Made by a program: the position numbers and the translations under genes. From assembly GCF_963921235.1 (NCBI RefSeq), contig NC_086108.1:92754001-92818000 (forward strand): a stretch of 64,000 bases of DNA. Reading direction: 5' to 3'. The notes beneath the pieces are model-generated. The model saw only the letters and a program-made list of their open reading frames with translations. It had not been told where the DNA came from and did no database searches. Each line of letters begins with the position of its first letter. The stretch's first letter is position 1. This DNA is from Mobula hypostoma (lineage: Eukaryota). Below are positions 23,800 through 36,706 of the stretch, piece by piece.

Positions 23800-26526
23800 C
23801 ATCCCCAGTGGAAGGCACTAATGGTCTGCTGGAAGTTCCAGAGTGTTGGGTCAGAAGTGTGTGAACTTGCCATTTCTAGGGAGAAGGTTCTTGGAGAAAC
23901 TGACAGGTCTGAAGTCACCTGGACCAGTTGGTGTGCACCCCAGGGTTCTGAAAGAGGTGGCTGAAGAGATTATGGAGGCATTAGTAATGATCTTTCAAGA
24001 ATCACTAGATTCTGGAATGGTTCCAGAAGACTGGAAAATTGCAACTGTCACTCCACTCTTGAAGAAGGGAGAGAGGCAGAAGAAAGAACATTATAGGACC
24101 TCAGTGGTTGGGGAGATGCTGGAGTCGATTGTTAAGAATGAGGTCTCAGGGTCCTTGGAGGCACATGATAAAAAAGGTCATAGTCATCATGGTTTTCTGG
24201 GAAAGATCTTGCTGGAATTCTTTGAAGAAATAAACATAAAACATAGAATAGTACAGCACAGTACAGGCCCTTTGGCCCACAATGTTGTGCCGACCCTCAA
24301 ACCCTGCCTCCCATGTAAGCCCGCACCTTAAATTCCTCCATATACCTGAATAGTAGTCTCTTAAACTTCATGAGTGTATCTGCCTCCACCACTGACTCAG
24401 GCAGTGCATTCCACGCACCAACCACTCTCTGAATACAAAACCTTCCTCTAATATCCCCCTTGAACTTCCCACCCCTTACTTTAAAGCCATGTCCTCTTGT
24501 ATTGAGAAGTGGTGCCCTGGGGAAGAGGCGCTGGCTATCCACTCTATCTATTCCTCTTAATATCTTGTACACCTCTATCATGTCTCCGCTCATCCTCCTC
24601 CTCTCCAAAGAGTAAAGCCCTAGCTCCCTTAATCTCTGATCATAATCCATACTCTCTAAACCAGGCAGCATCCTGGTAAATCTCCTGTGTACCCTTTCCA
24701 ATGCTTCTACATCCTTCCTATAGTGAGGCGACCAGAAATGGACACAGTACTCCAAGTGTGGCCTAACCAGAGTTTTATAGAGCTGCATTATTATATCGCG
24801 ACTCTTAAACTCTATCCCTTGACTTATGAAAGCTAACACCCCATAAGCTATCTTAACTACCCTATCCACCTGTGAGGCAACTGTCAGGGATATGTGGACA
24901 TGTACCCCCAGATCCCTCTGCTCCTCCACACTACCAAGTATCCTGCCATTTACTTTGTACTCTGCCTTGGAGTTTGTCCTTCCAAAGTGTACCACCTCAC
25001 AGTTCTCTGGGTTGAACTCCATCTGCCACTTCTCAGCCCACTTCTGCATCCTATCAATGTCTCTCTGCAATCTTCGACAATCCTCTACACTATCAACAAC
25101 ACCACCAACCTTTGTGCCATCTGCAAACTTGCCGACCCACCCTTCTACCCCCATGTCCAGTTCGTTAATAAAAATCATGAAAAGTAGAGGTCCCAGAACA
25201 GATCCTTGTGGTATACCACTAGTCACAACCCTCCAATCTGAATGTACTCCCTCCACCATGACCCTCTGCCTCCTGCCTGTCACAGGCTCAGCGTACAATT
25301 TAACCTTCTGGGAATCTTGCACAAGGACCTCTGATGTTTGAACCTTCTCCCCATTTAGATAATAATCCACAAGCTGGATAGACAAAGGAGAATCAGTTGA
25401 TGTTGTGTACTTGTTAATTTGCCTTTGACAAGGTGCCACACATGAGGTTGCTTAACAAGCTACAAGCCCAAGGTATTACAGGAAAGATACTAGCATGGAT
25501 AAAGCAGTAGCGGATTGGTAGGAAGCAAAGAGAGGGAATAAGAGGAGCCTTTTCTGGTTGGCTTCCAGTGACTAGGGGTGTTCCACAGGTGTCTGTGTTG
25601 GGACCACTTCTTTTTACGTTATATGTCAATGACTTTGGTGGATGATATGAAGGTAGGTGGAAGGGCAGGTAATATTGAGGAAGTAGAGGCGCTACAGAAG
25701 GACTTGGACAGATTAAGGGAGTGCAAGGAATTGGCAAATGGAATACAGTGTCGGAAAGTGTAAGTGTCTGGTCATGCACTCTGGTAGAAGAAATCAAAGG
25801 GTAGACTATTTTCTAAATGAGAAAACTCAAAAATCTGAGGCACAAAGGGACTTAGGAGTCCCTGTGTAGGATTCCGTAAAGGTTAATTTGCAGGTTGAGT
25901 CCGTGGTGAGGAAGGCAAATATGATATTAGCATTCATTTCAAGTGGACGAGAAAATAAAAGCAAAAATATAATGTTGAGACTTTATAAAGCACTAGTGAG
26001 GCCTCTCTTGAAGTATTGTGAGCAGTTTTGGGCCCCTTAGAAAGGATGTGCTGAAATGAAGGTTCAAAGAATGTTCATGAAAATGATATCAGGTTTGAAC
26101 ACCCTGTCTTATGAAGAGCATTTGATGGCTCTGGGCCTATATTCACTGGAATTCAAATGAGGGGTGACCTAATTGAAACCATCAAAATTTGGAAGGCCTT
26201 GATGTGGAGGGGATGGGAGTGTCTAAGACTAGAAGACACAGCCTCAGAATAGCGGGGTTCCCTTTTAATAACAGATGAGGAGGCATTTCTTAATCAGTGA
26301 TGAACCTGGAGTTCATTGCCATAGGCAGCTGTGGAGGCCAAGTTTTTTACGTATATTTAAGGCAAGTTGATAGATTCTGGATTGGTCAGCGTATGAAGGG
26401 ATATGGGGAGAAGGCAGGAGATTGGGGCTGAGTGGAAAATTGGATATGTCATAATAAAATGGCAGAGCAGACTTGATTGGTCAAATGACCTAATTCTGCT
26501 CTTATATCTTATGGTCATATGGTCTA
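23800..26526 (+). mobile_element. Old CR1 (RT to 3' end), interrupted at 24234-25368
   Basis: KSPGPVGVHPRVLKEVAEEI...EFFEEI resumes at 25369 (acaagctggatagacaaagg). Tail tcttatggtc. Confidence 0.9.
24234..25280 (-). mobile_element. Young 5'-truncated CR1 nested antisense in an older CR1
   Basis: Uninterrupted RT C-terminal ORF (GIPQGSVLGP, KFADGT, RPHLEYC) ending at 24297, then the 3' UTR and tail. Confidence 0.92.
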
Positions 26527-27899
26527 ATTCAAAAGGTAGGAGGTACCTTACACTAGTTGAAGGCACTGCTGCGTTATAGGGTGCGGCAGGAAGTGGAGTT
26601 GTGGGATGTCATCCCAGTAGATACAGAATGGGAATGTATTTCCAAGTGATGTGTGCTGGGACAAAGAGGGGAGGCTGCAGGTGGGTGGTGGGTGCCATAT
26701 TCCTGCTGTTCTCCTTCGTACAAATTGAGCTGTTAACTTAGTCTGGGGAAGTAGACGTCTACTGGAACCACTATAATACCCAGGAAGTTTACAGTAGTCG
26801 AATTGAGAACCACAACATAAGCTGTGGAATGCATGACTGGAGTTTGAAATGATTAACATTAAATCGGATTGGTGGGAAATCAGTTGTTGAGGGTGACAAG
26901 AACAGAGCTATGCACATGCTACACTGACTGCTGGTTGGGTGGAGTACAACTGTCACGCATTGTTAATCTTGTTTGTACTCTAATTTATTTCTAATACTCA
27001 GTGTATCGTGCAAAAGCAAATATTTGGCCCGTTTACTCTTTTCAGATCTATGGAATATAGGTCAGAAGTTCAGTGAGCGCCTAACAGAAATAAACTGTTT
27101 AATCAATTACTTCCAGAGCTGTGGAACTCTGGCTACAAAAGTAATTCCTCTACACTGAGCAAAGAAAAGTGGACAGCCACTGACTAAGAATATCACTTAA
27201 TGTTCTCCAACTAAACAATTTTAGTATTTATCTTTAAGGGTTTCTTTTTAGGAAAAAGTAATTTATATATTGGTAACCCCATTGAAAGCAGGGGTTAGTT
27301 GTGCAACACATATTGTACTAAGAAAACCTCTTGAAACTTTGCTGTTGGAGGTGGGACTTCTCCCCAAAGTATCTTGCATTATTTCAAGCCCATTTTAAAA
27401 TATCCTTCAAGACCTCAAATGGTTAGGACTAACATTAAAATGCTACCTTTCTAAAGCAAGGTATGGGCATTTTAATTAAGACTCGGCATCCAGTGCTGAA
27501 TACTTTCCTAATTCTGTAAGCGATTCATGTTTTGTAGCACAATAGGGTCTTGTTGCAACCCGGGGGCTGCAAGCCAACAAACTTATTGTCGCTGGTAGAG
27601 TGGTAAAATTAGAGTCCCATTTTCTCTCTGATGCTTTGATTATAATGAAGCCTAACAATGCACTGACTGTAAGTACTTATCACAGCCTGAGATAATTTAA
27701 CAGCTGAGCCCCTAAACTGATTGTGACATGAAACATAGTCTATATAGATTCCTGTACAAGAACTGCAACAACCCCTTATTAACTATGAAATGCTTTGGGA
27801 TGGCTTGAGTTTATATAAAATGCTTTTTGAATAGTGGAAAAGGCTCTACTGTCTGAGTTACCTCATCCTCATTTGTTTGTTTTACTTTGCGAGCTCACT

Positions 27900-28508
27900 T
27901 ACAGGGGATCAATTTCAAAAGTTGGGCGATTTTGCTCATGAGCTGCAAGGTAGTGTTGCAGCTGTATAAAATTCTGGTTAGACCACTGGAATTGTGCTTG
28001 TTCCTGCCGGTCTCATTATAGGAAGGATGTGGAAGATTTAAAGTGTGCAGAAGAGATTCACCAGGGTGCCTGAATTAGAGAGCATGTCTTATGAGGAAAG
28101 GTTAATTGAGATGGGGATTTTCTCTTCGGAGCTAAGGAGGATGAGAGGTGGCTTAATACAGGTATAAGGTGATAAGAGGCATAGATATAGTGGACCGCAT
28201 ACTTTTTCCCAGGGTCAGAAATAGCAAATAGAGGGAATAGCTTTAAGGTGATTAGAAGAAAGTATAGGGGGGGATGTCAGATGTCAGCTTTTTAAAAAAT
28301 TTACAGTGGTAAGTGTGTGGAACGCAGTGCCAATGCTAAAAGTGGATTTATTAGGGAGATTTAAGAGACTGAGATGGGCACATGGATGAAAGAAAAAAAA
28401 AAGGAGGGTTACGTGAAAGGGGAAGATTAGATTGATCTTGGAGTAGGTTAAAAGGTCAGCAAAACACTGGGACAAAGGGCCTGTGTTGTACTACACTGTT
28501 CTACGTGC
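27900..28508 (+). mobile_element. CR1 3' fragment
   Basis: Decayed LQLYKILVRP-type motifs and a CR1 3' terminus. Confidence 0.8.
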
Positions 28509-28954
28509 TTACAGTTTTGGGTTTGTCAGAGCCACTTAACCCCAGATGATGCCTCATCTTGGAATTCACAGCCTTAATTCAAACAGTCAATTGCTTTTCT
28601 GATTTCACATTTTGCCCTGAGTGTCACATCAAGGAGCCCTGATAAAACTCAAGTCAAGAAAGGGGAATGGCTGACAATGGTTGGAGTGATAAATAACATT
28701 AAAAAAAATGTGTACTGGTCATTGGATAGCAACCATCCCTGCCACAGGATATCACTGCAGTTGTTTCTTAGTTTGGTGCTGTAGGGCAGGTATGTGACAG
28801 AGAATGTTTCACTGAACAGACAGCAATACAATGTAGGCCCTTCAGCCTTGCTCTTTGTGTGTAATATGTCAAACTAAATCTTTTCTACCTGCAGCTGATC
28901 AATATCCTTGCACTCCCTGCATATTTTTGTCTAACTGATTAACAAAATTCTATG

Positions 28955-30006
28955 TCGTCCCAGGAAAGATATCGGCATGGATAGAGGAATGGCTGACAGG
29001 CAGGAGGCCGCGAGTGGGAATAAGGGCCTTTTTCTGGTCGGCTGATGGGTCAGTATTGGGACTGCTGCTTTTCACATTGTCAGTGATTTGGATAATGGAA
29101 TTGATGGCTTTGTGGCAAAGTTTGCAGATATGAAGCTAGATGGAGGAGTGGGTAGTGCTGAGGAAGCAATGAGATTGTAGCAGGACAGACAAATTGGAAG
29201 AATGGGCAAAAATGTGGCGGGTGGAATATAATGCTGGGAAATGTAAGATAATGCATTTTGGTAAAAGGAACAACAGTGTGGACTATTATCTAAATGGGGA
29301 GAAGGTTCAAACATCACAGGTCCTTGTGCAAGACCCCAGAAAGTTAATTTGTACACTGAGTCTTTGGAAAAGAAGACGACAAATGCAATGTTGGCATTTA
29401 TTTCAAGGGGAATAGAATACAAAAGCAAGGAGATAATGCAGAGCCTTTATAAGACAGCAGTCAGGTTGCACTTGGAGTATTGCCAACAGTTTTGGGCCTC
29501 GTATCTCAAAGGAAGAGTTGTCATTGGAGAGTCCAGAGGATAATTCTGGAAATAAAGGGGTTAACATATGAACATCTGGTGGCTTTGGGCCTGTACTCAC
29601 TAGAATTTAGAAGAATGTGTTTGGAGGGGGGGAGGGGATCTCATTGAAACCTACCAAATGTTGAAAGGACTAGGTAGGATGGATGTGGAGAGGACGTTTT
29701 ATATGGTGGGAGTTTCCAGAACTAGAGGGCACTGCCTCAAAATTGAGGGGTGACCTTTCAGAACAGGTAAGGAGGAATTTTTTAGCCAGAGGGTAGTAAA
29801 TCTGTGGAATGCTCTACCACAGACTGTTGTCCATGTATATATTTAAGGTGGAAGATAATTGTTTCCTGATTGGTCAGGGCATTAAAGGATATGGTGAGAA
29901 GGCAGGTGTATGGGGTTGAGTGAGATCCGGGATCAGCCATGATGGAATAGCAGAGCAGATTCAATGGGCTGAATGGCCTAATTCTACTCCTATGTCTTAC
30001 AGTCTA
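28955..30006 (+). mobile_element. CR1 RT-to-3' fragment
   Basis: AKFADMK, MHFGKRN and LHLEYCQQFW motifs, plus 3' terminus. Confidence 0.85.
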
Positions 30007-30339
30007 AAAGCCTCTTTAACTCCTATCGGCTTCCACTACTGCCTTTGTCCATTTTATCAATGCTGTCCGTTCTCATAATTCTACAAACTTTTATTGGACA
30101 CTTTATCAGAACTGTGCAGAATTAGAAAAATGCAGGATTTACATTGTAGAAGAGGTGAAGGATAGAAGAAGAAGTAGGTCTGTGATAGTCTGCAGACTGA
30201 GTGCCTGATGCAAATGATAATACTGTCTGCTCAGAGGGTGGCGAAAGCTTATTAAAACTTAATAGTCTATGTGGAAAAAATGTAAGTAGGTGAGGAGAGA
30301 GATCAAAATATGCTCAACTGAAACATAGAACAATGCAGA

Positions 30340-31300
30340 TTCTGAATAAAAGAATGTAATGCTGAGGCCTTAAGGCATTGGGCAGACTGTACTTGCAGTA
30401 TTATGAGCAGTTTTTGGCCCCTTATCTGAGAAAGGATGTGCTGGCATTGGAGAGGTTCACGTGAACGATTCCGGGAATGAAAGGGTTAATGTATGAGGCG
30501 CAATTGATGGCTCTGTGCCTGCGCTCATTGAAGTTTAGAAGAATGAAGGCGATCTCATTAAAACTTTTTGAGTATTGAAAAGCCGATGTGGAGAGGATGT
30601 TTCCTATAGTGGGGGAGGCGAGGATCAGAAAGCACAGCCTCAGAATAGAAGGACATCCCTTTGGAACAGAAATTCTTCCTCATCTTTAGCCAGAGAATCA
30701 GAATTGAGTTTAATATCACAAGCATATGTTGTGAAATTTGTTAACTTTTGCAGCAGCAGTACAATGCAATACATTATAATAGAAAAAGGAAACTGAACTA
30801 CAGTAAGTATATGTACAATATATATAATACGTTAAACAAGTAGTGCAAAGAAATAGGAAATTAGAAAAACAGTAGTGAGGTAGTGTTCATGGGTCCAAAG
30901 TCCATTCAGGAATTGGATAGCAGAGGGGAAGAAGATGTTCCTGAATCATTGATGCCAGCGGGAGGGAGGTACAGAAGCCTGAAGGCACACACTCAATCAG
31001 AGTGGTGGAGGTCCTTGGACCCTGCTTTCCTGAGCCACCTCTCCTTGAAGATGATTTGGATACTAAGGAGGCTACAGAAGGTGATGAATTTCTGACATGC
31101 ATTACTACAGATGGCTGTGGAGGCAAAATCTTTGAATATATTTAAAGTAGAAGTTGATATGTTTTTTGATTAGTAAGGGTGTCAAAGGTTACGGGGAGAA
31201 GTCAATAGAATGGGCTTGAAAGGCATCATAAATTGACCATGACGAAATGGTGGAGTACACTTGATGGGCTGAATGGCCTAATTGTGCTCCTGTGTCTTGT
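30340..31300 (+). mobile_element. CR1 3' fragment interrupted by an antisense Rex1-type 3' fragment (~30692-31095)
   Basis: CR1 similarity on both sides. The insert begins agaatcagaattgagtttaatatcac, like the Rex1 tail at 18595. Confidence 0.7.
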
Positions 31301-31639
31301 GAGAAATCTGAAAAGACGCAGCAGGTTAGGCAGCAGCTTTGGAGAAGAGGCAAACTGAGTTGACAGATTCAACTGGCCAGGTCTGCTGCAAACTGGAAAG
31401 GCGGGTTATTTAAAATAGTAGTTACTGACTCCTGAGGGTTATCATGTATCTAGTTGGAAGATCGGATGCTGCATCTGGAGTTTATAGTGGGTTGTGTTAG
31501 ATCTGTGGAAAAGGTGACAGTGTATGATGAAGAGTTTCAGAGTCAGCATTAAGTAACTCAGGAACAAATAGTTATCCAGTACTTTACAGAGCAGTCAACC
31601 TCTCTTTTGCTTCTGCTGATGAAGTTGGAAGCTGTAGGG

Positions 31640-31721
31640 CAGAGGTTCCCAAACCTTTTTTATGCCATGGACCCTTACCATTACCCAAGGGTTTTCGTGG
31701 ACCCCAGGCTAGGAACCCCTG
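31640..31721. mobile_element. hAT-type MITE
   Basis: TIRs cagaggttccc / aggaacccctg. 8-bp TSD ctgtaggg (31632-31639) / ctgtagag (31722-31729). Confidence 0.8.
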
Positions 31722-32611
31722 CTGTAGAGGAAAGACCAAAAGAGGAAATTAGACTCGAAAACAATTTGGGAGCCAATGGTCTGATGTTCAATGGGGAAGG
31801 TTTGTTCCAAAGGAGAGTATCGGGCACCAGGGTTCAATCTAAGGTGGAGGTCAGATCACCAAATGATTATGGCAGCACCTTCATTAGGAGGTTTGATGAC
31901 AATATTGGGGTTGGTTCTTCATGAACTAAATGCTGTAAACTTAGGAGGGCAAGATTAGAGCAGTGAAAACAGGTCAGTTGACGTCACATCAGTTAGTCAT
32001 GAGTCTAGGTAGGGTTATAGAGGGAGGAGCCTAGATGGTTAGTAGATTTTAATAATTACACAAAGTTTAATTTCATATGCAGAAAAGTAATTGACCCTTG
32101 CCTGCAGCAAGATCTCAAAGATAAAGTGACAAGTAAAATTCTCTTCATTGCCAGCAAGTCTTGCCACTTAACACTGTTCAGTGGTGTTACTATGAGTAAC
32201 TCTCCCACTATTGTTGGCCTGATGATCATCTGCACAGTAACTGGATCAGCCACATGCATTAGACCATAGACATTGCAGCAGAATTAGGCTATTCAGCCCA
32301 TTGAGTCTGTTCATCATTTCAATCAAGGCTGACTTTTCTTTTATCCCTTCAATGACATTCTCCCATCCCCCTCCCCCGTTACCTTTGACACCCTTACTGA
32401 TCACCAACCTATTAACCTCTGCTTCCTGTGGCCACAAGAGCAGGTGTGCTGAGGAAGCCAGCAGCAAGAGACTAGCCTCCTGCAATCCCATGTAGCAGGC
32501 AAGTCAGGAATACGATGGAAAACTGTCTACTTGGTTGTATGAATTTGACACTTTTCACCTTAAAGCAGTCCAATTGATTGGCACTCCATTCATCTCCCCA
32601 ACCAGAGAAAT

Positions 32612-32810
32612 GAAATCCTGCTGATACTCAAAGTCTGTACGGAGCACCCAGTCCTGGATGAACTTTTCAGGCCAGGCAGCATCTGTGGATGGAAATGGGC
32701 AGTCAATGTTTTTGGTCAAGACTCAGAAGAAGGGTCTAGATCCAAACTGTTGACTGTCTATTTCCTTCAACATATGCTGCCTTACTTATGGAGTTCCACC
32801 ATCAGTTTAT
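32612..32810. mobile_element. Old Penelope-derived hairpin mini-element
   Basis: ggcagcatctg...cagtcaatgtt is inverted relative to actgttgactgtc...atgctgcc. Confidence 0.6.
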
Positions 32811-32952
32811 CTTATAAGCACACAAAAAGTTCTTTCCTTCCACCAAAGGGCTGCACGGTACCAGTTACACAATGCACTGCATCTAACATGATTAAAGCTT
32901 AAGGCATATTAGAGCAATGCTTGTATTCTATAACCATCTCCACTTTAAAATA

Positions 32953-33470
32953 GACTCAGTGGCCACTTGTAGGTACACCTATATTAATACAAATATTCAT
33001 TCATCCAGTCATGTGGCAACAATTCCATACATAAACCATGCAGCCATTGTCAAGAGGTTCAGTTGTCAAATGTCTGAAGGAAAAAAAGCTGATCTAAGTG
33101 ACTTTGACCATTGAATGATCATTGGTGTTAGATGGAGTGGTTCAGGTATCTCAGGAACAGCTGATCTTCTGGGATTTTCATGAATTCTTTAGAATTTAGA
33201 GAGAATGGTGCGAAAAACAACAAAAAAAAACCAGTGAGTGGCAAGTCTGTGGGTGAAAATGCCTCGTTAATGCGAGGTCAAAGAAAAGTGGCCAGATTGG
33301 TTCAGGCTGCCAGGAAGGCGACGGCAACTCAAATAACTATGCATTACAACAGTGGTGTGCAGAAGAGCATCTCTGAATGCACAACACATCAAACCATGAA
33401 GTTGATGGGCTACAGCAGCAAAAGGCACTCTGGGTTCCACTCCTGTACCTAATGAAGTGGCCATTGAGTG
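32953..33470 (+). mobile_element. Internally deleted Tc1/mariner element
   Basis: TIRs actcagtggccactt...aggtac / gtacctaatgaagtggccattgagtg. Encodes a decayed paired HTH domain (DLSDFD...ADLLGFS; RLVQAARKATATQIT). Confidence 0.88.
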
Positions 33471-35059
33471 CTTATGGTCCTTCTTCATTTACTATTGGGA
33501 GCACCTCTACAGTCAAAGATGGTGGTCCACTAACACCAAAGGATATTTGGAATGGGTAATAAACACTGGTCTTTACAGTGAGAAGCAGATACTGGAAAAA
33601 ATGAAATAAGGTCACAAAGTGCAGTTATCCTGGCAACACCCAATGCTATAAGCACCAACAGTTCTAAGAAAAACAATGCAAAGGAAATTAGGGTGACAGC
33701 ACAGAGTAAGAAGTATTTAATTAATCAGCAGGATCATCCAGTTAATGTATTTCAATATACGTGTCTGAAAACTCTCTACTGGCTCTCCCAAGGGGACACT
33801 TGGATTTTCCTGTCATTGCAACGATAATTTGAATTAATTATTACACTGTTACTGGCCTATTTAAAAACAGAGCACAACAAAAACTCAGTTGGTACACTAT
33901 TTGTTAACTATTAACTCACTCAGATGCCACAATCTCTAATACAGTAACATTGGCACTAGGTGGAGTTAGAATATGCACATTCTAGAAACTTCCCTTTATC
34001 CATTTAACTATCACAAATTTAACGTTCAAAATTTTTAATTCTGATACTTGCTCTTCTGTGACAATGGATATTGAAAAGATATAATCGCCATTTAGTGTGA
34101 GCTTTATGTTTTTTCTAATAATGTATATAAAATAATACAATAATTTATGACACATTTCCAGATACAAGCTTTAGATGTAATTTATTAAGGTGTAAAACAC
34201 TGCACATTACAAGCTATTCATAACACTTTAATTTTACCCTTTGTATCCCAACTAATGAAATGCATTATATCCTATTACACTCTTAAGGTAAATTAGCTAC
34301 TTTGTAATTTGATAGAAATTAATAAATCTGTCCTTCTATACAATAATGTCCTTTTAGCCTTTATTGATAAGAAACTCTTTAACCACAGCCAAAGGAAAAT
34401 ACTGGAGGGTAGAAATATGACATCATACAAACCACTACAATTATGAAGAACGAAACAGTTTCAACTCAAAAAAAAAACTTGCTTAGAATTGACAAGTAAT
34501 TGACCTGAAATATTCTGCTTCGGTCTCTGCAGATGCTGTTTACAGCACTTTCTGAAAGTTAGTATTCATTTTGCATATTTCATGACATACAACCACTGCC
34601 CCTTAGAAGCAGTTAGAATGAGAAGCAGCACAGAGAATGTTGGCACTGGCTAAAACGAGACTGCTCACACTCCTGTCGAAAGTTGCAGCACATTTTGATC
34701 TATTATATTGAATTTGTAACACTGAAATTGGCCATTTGGCCCTATGACTCTATGTACTCTATACAGCATGAGGTTTCTAGATTATCCAGTCCTAGTTTAT
34801 CAACATAGAGTCTATAGAAAGAATGCTGGAATCACAACTGAGAGGAATAGGGGGGTTGAAGACAGAGTAATATAGCATAGAAACAGGCCCTTTGTCCTGA
34901 CCTTTAAATTAAAATTTAGCTTTTCACAATTTCTACAGCAAGTACTCATCTTCTCATGCCATGTTTCAGATACTTAAGCTTGTACTGCCCACTACCACAT
35001 GACCATCATGTTTACACTAGTTGATGCAAATCCCAACCTTTGATAACTGCAAGTGAGTA

Positions 35060-35780
35060 ACGTCCACTTGCAGTAGAAATTTCAGTAGAAACTCGGTCTG
35101 AGCTCTTCCATTTCGCATCCCTCTACTTTTCTTCTTCCACCCACCAAGAGTAGGGAAAGGATTCCCTTAACCTCGCCTTCTGCCCCACCAGCCTCCACGT
35201 TCGACCTCCGCAGCTTTTCATCAAGGTGCCATCACCAGGCCTGTCTTCCCTCCACAACTCTGCATCACTCTTCCACCTCCAGCAAAACCCACTCCTCTTC
35301 CTATGCAACAGCAAGAGATGCAGCAACTGGTCTTCTGAACCTCTCCCTTTCCATATCAATGGACCAAAAATATTCCTTCCAAAAGCAGTGATTCACTTAC
35401 ACTTCCAATTTAGAATCTGCTTTCAGTGCTCGTGATGCAGTCTCCTCCACATTGAAGAAACCAAACTCAGATTGGATGACCGCTTTAGAAAATACTTCTT
35501 TTCAACTGAAAGCGCAATCCCAAGCTTGCCCCTTTAATTCTCCATCTCTAATCCCTTGGTCTTTAATTTCCAACACTGTTTCAATGAAGCTGCAGCTCAT
35601 TTTCCACTCAGGAATGTTACACCTTCTGAGACTCAATATTGAATTCAGTTATTTCAGATGACCAAACTTCCCAGTTTGTGTCAGTACAAACCACATCTGA
35701 TGAAAAGTAAATTGTACATTTACTTCGTTCTTCCCTTTCTACTGATGCTGCTTGACTGGCAGTGATATTTCGGTGTTCCC
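35060..35780 (+). mobile_element. Degraded Penelope-like element
   Basis: Decayed CFQCSxCSLLHIEETKLRLDDRF GIY-YIG motif at 35418-35490. Confidence 0.7.
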
Positions 35781-36164
35781 CTTTAATTCAGATGTGCAAT
35801 AAATTGCTGTTTCATATCTCATAGTTCCAGCATTTTCCCCACTCTCTCTCCTCATCTTTTGTGTAAATCTCCTCTGAGCAAATCAGCTGCAATACCAAGC
35901 CTCCAAACCCCCCTCTCAGTCAGCACCAACACCGTGCCTGTCTCCATGTTGTACCCCTTTCCCTCCCCTGTCTCTGCCATTTAAAAACAGGCTTGCTTTC
36001 TAACTTCTCCTCATGTTTCATCTGAAATATTTTCTTGAGTTTCTCTTTGATGCATTTTCTGTTTTCATTTCAGTTTCCAGCATCTACAGTTTTGTTTTTG
36101 CTTTTGGCATTAGAGAGAGTCCAAAGGAGGTTCACGATAATTATTCCAGGAATGAAAGGGTTAA

Positions 36165-36706
36165 CACGAGGAAACCTGCAGATGCTGGAATTTCAAGCAA
36201 CTCACATAAAAGTTGCTGGTGAACGCAGCAGGCCAGGCAGCATCTCTAGGAAGAGGTACAGTCGACGTTTCAGGCCGAGACCCTTCGTCAGGACTAACTG
36301 AAGGAAGAGCTAGTAAGAGATTTGAAAGTGGGAGGGAGAGGAGGAGATCCAAAATGATAGGAGAAGACAGGAGGGGGAGGGATGGAGCTAAGAGCTGGAC
36401 AGTTGATTGGCAAAAGGGATACGAGAGGATCATGGGACAGGAGGCTGAGGGAGAAAGAAAGGGGGAGGGGGAAGCCCAGAGGATGGGCAGTAACAGATGG
36501 GGTACGAGGGGGAGGTGGGGCATTAACAGAAGTTAGAGAAGTCAATGTTCATGCCATCAGGTTGGAGGCTACCCAGACGGAATACAAGGTGTTATTCCTC
36601 CAACCTGAGTGTGGCTTCATCTTTACAGCAGAGGAGGCCGTGGACAGACATATCAGAAAGGGAATGGGACGTGGAATTAAAATGTGTGGCCACTGGGAGA
36701 TCCTGC
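36165..36706 (-). mobile_element. Young 5'-truncated Penelope-like element inserted in a CR1 (host ~36105-37128, + strand)
   Basis: Encodes LVFRLGSLQPDGMNIDFSNF plus the terminal repeat. TTAA duplicated at 36161-36164 and 36707-36710. Confidence 0.88.
36259..36296 (-). ncRNA. Minimal type-I hammerhead ribozyme motif
   Basis: Minus strand reads AGUC-CUGACGA-AGGGUCUCGGCCU-GAAA-CGUC-GACU: stem I AGUC/GACU, both core boxes, stem II and a GUC cleavage triplet. Confidence 0.7.

Noticed and set aside
34540..34575. Perfect branch-point TACTAAC next to a minus-strand cag as a further 3' UTR exon
   Set aside because: The branch A is only ~7 nt from the AG, and the site abuts a decayed repeat.
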